DNA of 64,000 nucleotides from Tubiluchus corallicola (taxonomy: Eukaryota > Animalia > Priapulida). The position numbers and the translations under genes are program-made. The DNA lies in assembly GCA_030141605.1 (NCBI GenBank), contig JAQGDQ010000003.1, positions 2,356,001 through 2,420,000 of the forward strand, written 5' to 3'. Shown piece by piece: positions 11,470 to 24,594 of this stretch. The notes beneath the pieces are model-generated. The model was not told where the DNA came from. It worked only from the letters and a program-made list of their open reading frames with translations, and did not search any database. How positions within the stretch are numbered: the first letter of the stretch is position 1; the number at the start of each line of letters is the position of its first letter.

Positions 11470-12840
11470 ATTAATAAAACTTACTGTAAAAGTTGGGAAC
11501 ACTTTAGGAAGAACTTTTAGCACGAATATTGGGGTCCCCAGGGAGACTGTCTTAGTCCAATACTTTTCAATATGTACCTAGCAAATGCACTTAAGATCCA
11601 AACTCTTCCAGATGTTGTATTAACTAGCAAGGAGTTAAGTATTAACGTAAACGATATTGGATGGATTAGTGTATCAAATTTTCAAACTAACAGTAACACA
11701 ATAAAAAGGGATTTTCCAAAAAAAAACTAGAGAAAAGAAATCTTCATGTAAACCAGTCAATGCATGCTTTTTTCAGCATAAGAATGTATTAACTAGCAAG
11801 AAATTAAGTCTTAACATAAGACTTCAATTATTTAATGCTTATGTTTATGTACAACAGTGAAACTTGGGGTTAAACAATTACTCAAGAAAAGCAGATTGAC
11901 ACATTTTATAGAAGTCTTCTTAGGAAAGTTTTAAAGATAAGATGGCCATGTAGGGTGCCGAGTGACCCAGTGCCGAGTGACCCACTAGCCGAAGTAGGAC
12001 ACTTCTGGTAAAATGCATGTGCGCTACATTTGCGGAAAAGCAGTGTCGTACATAGGCAGCCCAAGTAGGGCACTGGTGATTTTTGATGAGAATCGAGAAT
12101 TATGATGTCATAATAAAACATAAAACAAAATTTGTTTTAGAGAAAAAGTAACTTTATAATAATGATGGGTAGTCCTTGACAATTTACAAAATTAATGTAT
12201 TTTTTACATTAGTCATCAGTATTATTAGCTCCTTTAAAATTATCATAACATTAAACTAAGTATCTAATGCTTTAAAGAGAGAAACTATGCACACAGTTAT
12301 TACAGAAATAATTGCAAAGTTTAAAAATGAGACAGATGATGCTAAGCCTATACAACACAAAAAAGTAATTTTTAACATTTAGAAAAAACAAAGACAATTA
12401 GTTTTAATAATTCGCGACCTGTCTCTAGTGTCCTACTAGGGCAGCTTATGTACGACACATCCTACTTGGGCTAGCCCATGTACGCCAATTGTCCTACTTC
12501 GGCTAGTGGGTTACTCGGCGCCCAACAGGCCATACATAATCAAAAGTCAAGAGCCGAAGATTAAGATGGCTAGGACACTTTCTAAGATTACCAAATGAAA
12601 TACCAGTCAGAATAGCCTTAAAGAAAACTTTAAAACCTTGTAAAAAAACCACCTGGCAAACCAAAAACAACTTGGATAGCTGAGATAAATAAAGATGTTC
12701 AACAGCTTCAACCAAATCTGTCTTTAGGAATAGAAGAACTTATGCTGTTAGCTGCAGATAGAAGTGGATGGAATACTCTACATGTTAATGCCTCAATGTC
12801 TAAAATCGATGGAATAAGACCTTGAAAAGGAAGAAAGAAA
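11470..12840 (+). mobile_element. Degenerate RTE-like LINE RT/3' fragment, interrupted by a TIR element
   Basis: Reads TNIGVPQGDCLSPILFNMYLANAL (~11522), MYNSETWG, KVLKIRWP|YIIKSQ across the insertion, then RRLRWLGHFLRLP, PGKPKTTW and LAADRSGW. Confidence 0.8.
11949..12527. mobile_element. 579-bp non-autonomous TIR transposon with TGT..ACA termini and a 5-bp TSD (Ginger-like)
   Basis: GGCCA|tgtagggtgccgagtgaccc...actagccgaagtaggaca ... tgtcctacttcggctagtgggttactcggcgcccaaca|GGCCA. Removing the element and one TSD copy restores the LINE frame KIRWPYII. Confidence 0.85.
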
Positions 12841-13034
12841 GTTAATATTAAAGCAGCATTTACCAGACATGCGGAATGCATTAAACATTACAAAAATGTT
12901 TAAAAATCACTTTTTATTGTTTTCAAGGAACCCATTTATCACAATGATTTTTTCTGCAGCTAGTCTAGTTGGATTGTTTTTATGCAGCTGCATGTATATT
13001 GGGTCTCCCTACTTTAATGGACTTGATGAGCGTA

Positions 13035-13470
13035 ATTTTGGATGCAATGTACGTAATTTTCAGCGTCCATTCACTGAACTGATGAACATATTCCGATGGA
13101 CGTCCATCTACTATTTTGATGGATGTGATTTTACGTACATTTACTATGTATTTGAATGCATTGGACATCCATTTGTTATGGTATTTGAACATGACAGATG
13201 TAATTGCGTGTGAGTCCATTCGCAAAATAATTTAAAATAAATTAATGGACCTACATAATTGTTGAAGTGATGGGTTGCTTAATGTTTAGTGCGAGCTATT
13301 AGTTTAAACGTGACGGACTCATATCAAATTGATCTGCATATCAAACGTGATATGCAAATTGATTTGATTAGTTTTTGCCACGTGATTTTTATTTTAAAGT
13401 TCTACGTCCATCACATCCATTAAATTAGTGAATAGACATCAAATTTTTGTCCAACGCATCCACATTACAC
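13035..13470. mobile_element. Degenerate MITE-like element with repeated tggatg/catcca motifs
   Basis: tggatgcaatgtacgtaattttcagcgtccattcact (13039-) is an imperfect reverse complement of agtgaatagacatcaaatttttgtccaacgcatcca (-13462). Confidence 0.5.
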
Positions 13471-14099
13471 ATTGCACTGTCTCACAATCAAGTTTGCAAA
13501 AGTGCCTGGCTTTCTTTGCCTTCAGCAGCAATCGTGGCACAATTAGTAGTACTACTCTCAATAATATAGTAGCTTTCATACATTTCACGACATATGTATT
13601 TTAATGAAATATATTAAAATTGAAAATTAGGCATTCCTGGAGTTCTATATTGAGCTTTTTTCATGTATGCAAAAGAACATACTGATATATACATAAATAT
13701 AGTAATTGCAATAACTGTGTAAGAAAGCTCAGCAGTATCCAAAAATTGCCTTATTTTTATTTTTCCTCCATTTTTTGATATTTTGATTTTGACTGCCCAA
13801 AAATGCCAAAATTTCTAGGGCATTATAGGCCTCTGGACCTCCAGCATTAGAGATGATCTATGTTTCAGAATCATTTTTGCATCAAATGGTTAGCAGGTTT
13901 GGAGTTGTTGTGGTATGGGGAGGAAGATATGTTATATATGTAGTGATTAAGTGGAAATATCTGATTTGAGGTGGTAGTTGCGGAAGGGTTGAAGTTATTG
14001 AATGACATTTACTGTCCAATCAGGCTTTGTCACTCTGAAAATGGGTCTGTTCTTGTTTCTGCGTATTTAGGTTTGATGATCACATGTCCCATTCCCACT

Positions 14100-14620
14100 C
14101 TGTTGAGAAATCTGCTATCTATCCTTGTATGGTTGTTATAGATAGGATACAGCATGATTTTTCTCCCCAAGATTCTTCTTCTAAAGCATAAGAACAATTT
14201 CTGCATTCTCTTTGCATACAATAGATCTGTGATTGATGGTAGTAACTTAGTGACTTTCCGTTGAACAGATTCGGCCTTGTGTTTTGCCTGAAGTTTAGAC
14301 AGATACATCACCTTAGTCCGGAATTTATATTATGACTTTTTTGTATAAAATAGTCATCATATCATTATCCATATAGGTGAAAGAGCACCTTATCATCCAT
14401 AGTTGTTTCCTAGCTTGTTTGGATATTTCATCGATTTATTCATCAAATGTGATGAACAGGTCAATCACAATTGCTAAATATTTGTGTTTACTCACTATTG
14501 CTATTGGAGCTGAGTGATTTATATTGTTACACATGTAGTAATTGTGACTTGCTTTGTCTTTCCCTGAATGTAGGACTTTATATTTTTTCATATAAATGCC
14601 AAGTTTGTGACAATGTGTAA
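14100..14620 (-). mobile_element. Degenerate CR1-like LINE fragment just upstream of the first RPAP3 coding exon
   Basis: Broken frames KYKVLHSGK...HKYLAIVIDLFITFDE and KAESVQRKVTKLLPSITDLLYAKRMQKL. Confidence 0.7.
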
Positions 14621-14699
14621 ATTTATGCCGTTTTATTTCTGTAGGTGGGTAATTGGCTCCTGGTAGACAGCTGTATTTGAGTAAGTGAATAACTACATC

Positions 14700-17600
14700 A
14701 TGTGTGCCGAGAAAGCCACTCAGCTGCAATATCAGTTGAAAGAGAATGCAGAGGAGCTTCAGGATTTTATGAGAGACTTGGCGAATTGGGAGGATGCAAT
14801 CAAAAACAAAGATTTAGAGCTGTCAGCCAAAAGTGATGATATAAAAACATTGAAAAATGTATGTGGATTTATGCACGAAATGCCAGTAATGTTCATTTTT
14901 TCTCATTTGTGTGCATTTTATTAAAGCAAGTGCACCCATAACTATGCTAGTAGACTTTTTTCGATTTAGTTGACCATCAATTATTATTTTTTGACAAGCA
15001 CAAGGAAAATAAAATTAACGACAATAGCATTTTTTGCAATTAATAATAATATCATTTAAATTTTCATCATATTTCCTTTTCAGTTGCCAAAATAACTTGC
15101 AAATATACTTAAAGGACAAGAAAACACACTTGCTGGGTGCCATGTGGCGCACAAGCTGATATAACTCACTGCACTACTGCACATGTGCAAAATATCTGGA
15201 ATACAAATTTATGCAGTATATACAGTACGCAGTGCAAGTATCGCCGCCTTCATTGAGTTTCATTATATGTGAAATTATAACTAATCAAAATTTTAGGCGA
15301 GCTTTACTTGTAAAGTGCTGGAACGTTTGAACAAGTTGCATTTGCCCATGTGTGTGGTCTGTACAATTCAAAATCTAAAAACTTGAATTATTTATCTTCC
15401 CTAACTCTCATTATAATGACAATCATATAGTGTTTTTAATAATAATTACAATACTAAGCTACAGTAGGCAGTCATCTAATTGACTCAAAAACATTTGGTA
15501 TGGGCTTCTCAGTGGCGGATTATGATTTTATGGGCCTTAGGCTTGAGCTTGGAACGGGCCTTTTAAATGTTACTACACTGCTGAGCTGACGTGCTTTTGT
15601 GGAGCTCTCGTCGTTTGTAAGTTTGTTTAATTTTGTGAGTTTTTGCCCTCCGATTGTGATAAAAATTATATCTTCTTGATCCTTGAGTTGTGGACTAGGA
15701 CTATATAAACACGATTACAGCTTGGTGAGTTTCTGGGTTAGATGTCAACTAAAATAAGCCAATCAGAAACTCTGAAAGTAACTTTAGTTTCTTACTAATT
15801 TCTTTTATTTCGTTTTTTTTCGTTTTATTTTGCCGGGCCCGTTTTGATCCCGGGCCTTAGGCTTCAGCCTATAGGGCTATCCGCTACAGGGGCTTCTCCT
15901 ATTCAAATGTGTATAAAAACCAGACTCATTTGATTCAAATAACTCCAGATAATCGACTCATTATTTTTGCTTCATGTGCTTCTAATAAGGTACTTTTTGT
16001 GGGATGAATTAACTTAACCCAATGTCGATCACCTTTACTTCACTTTCGTGCAGTATAATGTGTGTAGAAACAATTATGTTAAGTACTGTATTGTTTGTAA
16101 GCAGGTCTGTTTATCATGCCCTAATTATAGTATAGTATCGGTACAGAACATAATTATGAGTCAAAAGCTTAGGAGCGTTGGCCAAGGAGCTACACACATA
16201 TTACAAAACACTGGTTAGGAGGTAAGTCAATGGTTAACCAGCCCAGCACTGCAGAGAAAAAATGTTTGACAAAGAAGCAAGCATCTCACCTGCTCACATA
16301 CCTCATGTGAGCTAAAATTTAAATGAGATGTGCTAAACAAAATGTTATTGTTATTGCCTATAATTAGGTCAAAAGAGCGGGCCTCTAAGCTTAAAAAGTT
16401 TAATATTAGACACGATTAGCTCTAGAGATCAAATATTGCTCTTCCTTAAAGTTATATTAATTATTTTATTGAATTTAAAATTAAAATTTAATTATTCATT
16501 ATTATTTAATCTTTAGTTCATTATCTTAAATAAAAAATGAAAATTAGCACTGCAATTTAGATCAACATGCTTTAAGATCTTCTATTGTAGCTCAGTTTCC
16601 GTTGCTTGCAGTATTTAGGTATCCTTATTATTATGGGCATGAAAGTTTGGCAAGCCCAATTAGAATGTACTGTATATGGGCTAGTGGGATAGATGACACC
16701 CAACACTTTTCATAAAAAATGCTTGAAAAATTCTTCTCTCGAAATTTTGTATTACTTACATTCTGTCTTATTGCATACAGAACTTGCATTAGCAGTAATG
16801 TTGCATGAAATGTGAAACTAAACTCCTCCATTGACTGTTAGTTGCAGCTATTTTAACGATAAGTTATTTGAAGCAAGTTTAGACTATATCGAATAGAGAT
16901 TGAAAATTAATCAGAGCATTCGTAGCGCACGCTTCACTATCTAAGCAAAAAGTACCAATTGCTTTATGATGTCAATAAGATCAATAATGTATTTTTGGTG
17001 AGCTAGTGGTGCACACTGGACGTTTTACCAGCTGGTGTAAACATTTAAATTATTAAGAATTTTCTTTTCTAGTTAGATCAGTCTTTCAAACAGATAAGCT
17101 TAATGCTAGGTATTTAATATGACTTTGACAAGTTTGTGGGATATATTTTTAATTTCCTTTTTCGTCCTCCTTAAATATTGGAATTTTATTCTAGAAACGT
17201 TGTGGCTTGAATCCTCTGATTAAGTTTCTTTTTTGCATTTGCAGTGAAAACAAATTGACATTAAAGTATTTTCTAATTTGAATTTATGTTGTCAGAACAT
17301 TCCACCTATCCGAAGTAGACAGTCAAGAGAAAGTACGAAGACTAAAAAAAAGCAAAAACCTGAGAGACTTAAGGCTTATGATTACCGAGCTTGGGACAAG
17401 TTCGATGTGGTAGGTTTCAGTTTTTTATTGTTCCTTAAAGCACAAACCTGTGGATGAAGTTATTTTTTCTTTCTGTAATAAAAAATAAAACAAATGCTGT
17501 CTTGTAGTGATGCGCTAACAAACACATTTTTTTTGGATGATTCACAGAATATTTTATTTTTAATACAATTACAAAATACAATAGTATTTGTTGGCCACAC

Positions 17601-20600
17601 GGGTGCTGATACATTAATTAGTCCATGTCAATCATTGATCTTTATGCAGTTTTACTTATAACGAATGATACAATAATTAATGGTACAATAATTAATACAT
17701 AAGTTTTTGTGTGCTAATGATCCATTCATTATTCAGCGAAGTACTTATCCAGCACATCTCTAGTATAGGTGTATTGCATTAAGATTATTGCATTGCAACC
17801 AAAAAACGTCAAACCAGTTGCGAAATTATGGAAATATTGTTCACTTGCAGTGAACACTTAAAACGGATTTCTTACTGACTGTTTTATTGAAAGCTGACAA
17901 ATACCAGCATTTCTCGTATTTTTTGCATGCAAATAACTATCAGTGGGTAGTATTTGCTAGGCATTGTGTGAATTGAATGCTCAACAAAAAAGAGTTGGAG
18001 AACAGGAGAGTGAAGAGAAGGTTCGAAATTAGAAAAGATGATTTCGTTTTTTAGAAAAGATTTGTGCCCAATACCTGTGTAATATAGGCTGATATTAAAC
18101 AAGTTGTGCATAACTTTTTTACCTTTGTAGGATAAAGCATGTGACGCAGTTGACATCAGCTCGGAAGAAGAGGAAGAAGAAGAAGAAGGAGCTGATGGCA
18201 GTAATGGTGACGACTCTTCAGACAGGGCTCGGCTAATGCAGCAGGCTGTTTTTGAAAAAGATGCTGTATGGAAAGTTTAATAAATAGTTTTTCATTCATA
18301 TGAGCTCATGTATTTATGAGGAAAAATGTATTTTAGATTAGACCAATTCATCATCTTAGCTTAGTACTCACTGCTGAGTATTTTTAAAATCAGAATTGCT
18401 GGCAATATAATAACACGGGTAGAAAAGACTGTGATATAAAGCTAAACTGATTATGACCTTGTCTACGTATACAGAATAGATAAACAATTGATTTTCTGTT
18501 TGTTATATTGATAACATGAGGTTATAAGTTTTTATTTTTTATGTGTTATTTGTCTTCAAGTTAACTGAGGCTCTCATTAGTATTTCATATTTTTAATTGA
18601 AAGAGGAGAAGAGGATTTTTCCTCAATTTGCAACTGGAAAAAATGATTTGACAGAGCTGACTTCTTGGAGAAAAAAAATTTAAATTGGATGTTTGTACTG
18701 TGTTTAATCCAAGCCAATTTTTATTACAGACACATAATAATATTTTTAGTTTTAACTAGAAATGTTAACTTGTTGTTATATCCTGCATTTTTATAGGGTA
18801 ATGATAAGTTTAAGCTGGGATTATATGAAGAGGCAATTGAGCACTATACACTTGGCATTCAGTGTGATCCATTAAATTCAATACTGCCTGCAAATAGAGC
18901 TATGGCACTTTTGAAGTTGGAACGGTATGTAGCATTAGATTAATGTTTGTTTTGTGCAGTTTTTTTTACTTTTTCTACTAGGAAAACAGGTATTCGGTCC
19001 AATATTTTTTTAAATTTAGCATGTGAATAATGTACTATTTAAATGCGTTATTAAAAAGTTCTTATTAGTTGCCGTGTTTTAAATGTAAATTGAATTTTAT
19101 TTCAACTTTCTATTTTGTTCATAGATTTGCAGCTGCAGAGGTTGACTGTACCACATCATTGGATTTAGATCCAACTTATGTTAAAGCATTTTGTAGGCGA
19201 GGAGCTGCACGTCAACAGCTGAAGAAATTTGCAGAAGCAAAGGAAGATTTCCTCTCTGCTCTGCAAATTGATCCTGGTAACAAGCAGGCAAAGGAAGAAG
19301 TTAAAAAACTAAACAAGGTTGAATCATTGTGCTTTTGTAAAACTCATTCAATTGAGAATGTAAGGTTGTTGGTTATAGAGAAGTACTTTCACATTAAAAG
19401 TACCATAAACACCAGCAATGAGAGAATTTCATTCATTCTGAAATACTGTGATTTTCCAGCATTAGAGCATTAGGCTGTGTGTACTTGTTTGAGTGCCTAC
19501 ACCCTCTAAGGCAATTGTGTGTTGTTAAATTGCTAGAGATACAGTGACATCACAGCAAAACTAAAATAATTGATTTTTTTGCAACACTGTACAATACTTT
19601 TAGTCAGTTTTTAATATGATATGTGTGCTTGCATAGCAAAATCCTCCATAAGTCGGCACTATGCTTTTCTAGCTTTTCATATGTTCTGAATCTCCATTTT
19701 ATGAGGATCATTTTGATACCAAGCTCATCACTCTATGTTATTTCTAAGTAAGATAATCCACGTTGAAGTTGAGTTGCAGTCTACACATTGTAAAATGTAA
19801 CTTTGAGAAAATCGCTGTTAAAGTTAGCCATTGTTTTTTTATCACATCTTTACAAAACACTTAGTAACTACACAAATGTTGGTTGCTACAGGCTTTGCAA
19901 GGACACATTGAAGTTATGCTTAAATCCAGTAGATGGCTCTTCCTGACCCAGATCTGGGCTTGGCAGCAGAAAAAAACGGAAGTAAAATGACTACTTCAAT
20001 GAGCAAACGTTGAGTTTGAAAATACAAGTTTTTTTACAATTGCAGTGCTAATTTTTAGCCAGAGAAGTGGGAATGGGATTATAAAATTAGATTTTTAGTA
20101 TTTTTTGACATTTTCCTGATGATTTGGTGTTAGAACTTAAAAGTTCAATATATATAGCATTTGTTTTTATAAAAAAACAAAAAATTGACATTTGACCAAT
20201 TTTTTGGTACATTCTACGTTGAAGCATCATAACATAGTTTTAACTATGCCGACTTGTGGACGCTTTTTTTGCAAGCACACTTGTGGTTATCAGAATGTCT
20301 AAACCATATTTTGACACCTCTCATATCTTGCCTTCAGAGCTGTTTTATCCATAGTAATAAGTGCAGCTTGTTTACAAGGAATTTTTTTGATATCGAATAA
20401 AATAATATGGGCTTTATCAATTTTTATTTTTAAAAAACTATCAGTGCTACTCCAACATTTACACATGGCATGATTTTTTATTTTTGTCTTGTAGTTAAGG
20501 AGTTGAGTCAGTTGTTTCATTTCTGTTTTTTGCCATAGTTGTTAGAAATAAGTAAAGCATCATTGGTAGAAATACAAGCGGGAAGCACAGAACGTGCAAT

Positions 20601-23600
20601 GCCTGGCATAGTGGAGCCTGTAAACATCCCTTCACATCTTCGTTCAAAGGTACTTGATTTAACACAGTATAAGGTTTTCGCACCTTTAAACTGATCTACA
20701 ATAATGCACTATAACATTTATAATGCATAATTAGCCTATTCGTGTTGTGATGGCTTGCCCATTCTTAGTATTATTATAAATATTAGTAGTATGTACTGAG
20801 ACACATGTTTGAAATCTTCCACCCAAATGGATCAAATAAACCGAAAATGCTAACCTGAACTCCTTTCTAGAAAATTGAGATCTATGTATGTTGATGACTG
20901 GATTTGTGTTATTCATCAATATTAATCATTTCTTTGGTAACAAAATATCCCTTTGAAACCTTCAGAAATGCGATTGAATATTTTAGTTTGGATGTTTAAT
21001 TTTGTATGAGATTGGAAAGAACAAAGTTCCTGCAACTGCGGCAGCTGGGACTGGAGCACAGAGCTTTGTTCGGGGAGGGGTTTAGGACACGGAATACTTT
21101 GCTTGTAATTGCTTGCTGTGTAAAGTTTTATTATTATTACTATTTTATTATTATTTATGGGTATTTGTAGCCCTACTGGTAAGCAAGAGTAACAACAAAA
21201 TACGATAATTTAAATTGCCCACAGTAGTCCCCATGCGAAGGGGACAACATAGTGCAGCATATCACACACTACAATAATGTAATATTAGTTTAAATTTTAA
21301 AAAGATTAGCATTAGTTGCTATGCTGCTTCCAAAATGCATGTGCTAAATTTCTTGTGGTAAATAATAGAAAGTACATTTTTCAGAAACCTTTAAGAAGAG
21401 TTAAAGTTGAGGAAATTGGAAATACAGATATCAAAATGGCCAATCCTGAGGAAATGGCACCGCCTTATGAAACACTTGAACAAAACACATCTTATCATAG
21501 AATAATTGAAAAGAAAAATGAACCCATGCCACAAACTGGACTGTCTCATGCATCAGATAGCATATGTGATTCTGGCGAGTTCATGTTGAAACCTAGTCAC
21601 AAGGTTTTTCCTGGAAGTTCACAATCTGGTCTCATTTCTGAAAATGAAGCTGTTGAAGATGTTACAGACATAGTCAGCAACATTTGCGCCAAACAGACTG
21701 TTATTAATGCTAAATCTGCTGCAGTACCTGCTAGTGCCAAGTCTGATGAAAAAGAGATTCTTATACCACCAGTGCCAAAAACACCTATTCAGTTTCAGCT
21801 TGACTGGCGAAAGCTACAGCATGACTCAAATGCATTATTCAAGTATTTTTGTGTAAGTTCAGTCAATATTATTTTTATTTTGAAATTTATGTTTAAGTCA
21901 GAACTCTAAAGTCTATAGCTTTATCTGCGTCTTATGTGAGTTTCGTCTTCACTGTCCTGCCAATGACATGCAAAATGAGCACAAATAGACTTCTTGCCTG
22001 TTTAACTGTTACAATATACATGCCACGTGCAAAAGTTCTTGTACTTTTAGATTTATTTAAAGTAGCATTTGTTAATTGTTCTTATTTATTAGATGTGCGT
22101 TATTGTAGTGTTTTGTCTTTATCAGCAAGTATATTATTTTATTTGTTAATGTTGTTGATATACACAACATTAATGCTGCATGTGTTAATTGTTTTTGCTA
22201 TTGATGCCTTCAGAATATTGGATGAAATTCAAAAGTTATTTTAATAGTATTAGTACCGCTTAACAGTTGTATCAATAAAATTATTAAAATAGGTGGAGCC
22301 TGACAGTTCAACTGTTGAACACTCATCCAGTAACTCTTATTGTAGCAGTTGTCATGATAATCAAATCAACAATATTATTTGTTGCAGCTTTGTACATACA
22401 AAACCAATAACTTTTTATTTTATAGAATATTGATCCTAAAAATTACAAGAGATTATTCAAGGAATTTTTGGAGGCTGATATGTTGTCATCTATACTTTCA
22501 TTACTGCAAGATTTTTATATCACGTAAGTAAAATTTGAGAAACAGTTCTTTGCTTTTTTTAAATATAAATAGTTTTGCATTGGCTATTAAGTTATTTATG
22601 TAATACTATAATAAAGAAGCATTGCTTCGTTGGTTTTAGATGACTTTATGCTACATATTTTTCCAGCTAAAATAATGGTAACGTAAAGCATTTTTTATTT
22701 TAAGTAACGATCTAGATGTAGCACTTGTACTGGAAAATCTTGCCAAAGTCTCTCGATTCTCAACGATGATCATGTTTGCCTCTGATCAAGACAAGCAAAG
22801 TAAGTATTGGCAAAATACTGGCAAACACTAGTACAAATTGAATGAATGCATTATTTGCTCAATTTTTCACAATTTTTTTGCATGGCAGACCATATTTTGA
22901 TGCATTTTTATCAAATGTGACATGAAGTCCATACCACTGAAAAATGAGCAATCGTCAAAATGGGTGGCTATTTCAAACCTTACTTCAATTTGCAGCAAAC
23001 GAAATGAAATGTAGTTTTGTAGGGAATTTTCACCAATTGCAAAAGTAATATTGATCCCAGAAATACACTTTCTACCTTAACATTGTGCCAGGTTACGGAT
23101 ATTGATTGGCCACAATGCATTTATCATCAGGAAATGTATTAGGAAAAAACAAAAGCACAGCTCTTCTGAAGAAGTATTTGCAGAATTTACGAGGTTGTAA
23201 TACTTTTATCCTTATTAACAGAATAATATCAGACGGCCCGTTCCCATTCTCTACATCTCAGCCGTATAACTTTTGCAAAAAACGGCCGAAAAACGGCCAT
23301 TTTGGGAGGTTTTTCGACCCCCCCTCCCTCCCGGTGGAACCGATTCGAAAAATAAACCATCAATGGCACGACACTAGATCGAGACCTTTCGTTTGATATA
23401 TAGATCGCCGCAAATGGTGGCCTCGTCCGGGCTGTAGCCTCGAATCTTATATATATATATATATATATAAATATACCAAGAATATTAATATAAGAGATTG
23501 TGCAGTGCACACCCATATCAGCAATTATAAACTGAGGAACACGAACTTTTCTGATCAGTATTTTGTGTAATCAGTCAGCAGCATAGGTAAATGAAAGCAA

Positions 23601-24100
23601 TTTTCCCATGCTGGTTGGTGCTCAGGTTCAGTGTCGTTTAATTTTGCAGTCAATTAGCTTTTCATCAACAGAGCCTGTCTATGTATAGAAACTGGTTAGT
23701 TTGCCACAAATTTGAGATAGTCTGTTACCAGTGCATCATTTTTGACAGCACGCACTACTGTCTCTATACAGAAATTGTTAAAAAGTTGCACAAATCAAAT
23801 AACGAGCAGATGTCAGAAATCATTAATTAAATAAATAAATCAATGAAATAATTGCAGTGTAAATTTGCCATGACTATATCTCAGCCATCTTCACATAATT
23901 TGTAACCCTTGCTCTTTTGGCTGATTCGTTCAGTAGTTTTGAATTCCCGAGGAGTATATAAGCTTGTGTTTATGTTTTGTTGAAGGCTTGAAAGAATGAT
24001 AAATAATCAATTTTCAGACTTCCAGTTTTTGCATTCATTTGATAAAAAATTAAAAGAGTACATAAACAGGAAATAATGTAGAACCTGATATATGTGTGTG

Positions 24101-24148
<48 letters not shown>

Positions 24149-24455
24149 TGTGGATGGATGGATGGATGGATGGATGGATGGATGGATGTACGTGTGCATG
24201 TATGTAAGTATATTTCTTCTGTTTTCAAACAAATTCACTTATATTGTCGAGATGAAAATATTTTTATTTTTTCACCATTGTGAGGTTCATGACTACTTTA
24301 TAAAACGGTCTTTTGTTTTTTCTCTTTATACTGTACTATGTTATTTATTGATTAAAATATTTTTTATTTTTGTAGTCATTGCCACGTTGCTTTCCCACTT
24401 AAAGGAGAAGCATGGTACAAGTACTGCTGAGAAAATTGCTACTTATTATTCCTGA
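14700..24455 (+). CDS. RPAP3: RNA polymerase II-associated protein 3 (R2TP co-chaperone, Spag/Tah1 family); 10 coding exons, ~526 aa
   Basis: Exons 14700-14858, 17296-17409, 18131-18265, 18797-18924, 19125-19317, 20539-20649, 21385-21852, 22426-22523, 22705-22799, 24376-24455; all GT-AG, phases consistent, total 1581 nt. Motifs: ENAEELQDFMRDLANWE, NIPPIR, KAYDYRAWDKFDVD, TPRs (EKDAGNDKFK...LPANRAMA...KAFCRRGAAR), KPLRRVKVEEIG, and the RPAP3_C domain (PKTPIQFQLDWRKL...VSRFSTMIMF). Confidence 0.93.
15462..16010 (+). mobile_element. Partial copy of the pogo-like element end (related to 10140-10312), split by a hAT MITE
   Basis: ta|cagtaggcagtcatctaattgactcaaaaacatttggtatgggc, resuming as ctattcaaatgtgtataaaaac...caaataactccagataatcgactcattatttttgcttcatgtgcttc, matches the reverse complement of 10140-10312. 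Confidence 0.7.
15510..15889. mobile_element. 380-bp hAT-type MITE with an 8-bp TSD
   Basis: GGGCTTCT|cagtggcggat ... atccgctacag|GGGCTTCT, with subterminal gggccttaggct repeats at both ends. Confidence 0.88.
19623..20280. mobile_element. Non-autonomous TIR element in RPAP3 intron 5 (superfamily unclear)
   Basis: gtgtgcttgcatagcaaaatcctccataagtcggca ... tgccgacttgtggacgctttttttgcaagcacac are ~35-bp imperfect TIRs. Confidence 0.7.
23229..23497 (-). mobile_element. Short Helitron-like non-autonomous element in RPAP3 intron 9
   Basis: The minus strand begins A|TCTCTTATATTAATA, has a (TA)n tract and a CpG-rich core, and ends with a GC palindrome (acgggccgt) and CTGA|T. This fits the TC...CTRR ends and A|T insertion site of Helitrons; no TSD. 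Confidence 0.55.
24091..24190. repeat. Compound microsatellite (TG)n-(CGTG)n-(GATG)n
   Basis: Directly visible; it produces the low-complexity ORFs at 24007-24455. Confidence 0.97.
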
Positions 24456-24594
24456 GAGGTCCCTAGGGTTTATTGTTCACTTTTACGGCTGTTGCAAGTT
24501 TACATTTGTTTTAATAGTATTCTTGTTTTCCTATTCTTTAAAACCAATTGTTATGTGATGATGCAAGCACTGCTGTAGACTACATAAAAGAGTC

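Noticed and set aside
16619-16626. GTATCCTT (U12 donor-like) in RPAP3 intron 1
   Set aside because: No matching exon or U12 branch point was found, and RPAP3 splices correctly without it; likely chance.
24007-24375. ORFs rich in HP/HA/VC/DGWM repeats
   Set aside because: Microsatellite translations; only 24376-24455 is a real RPAP3 exon.
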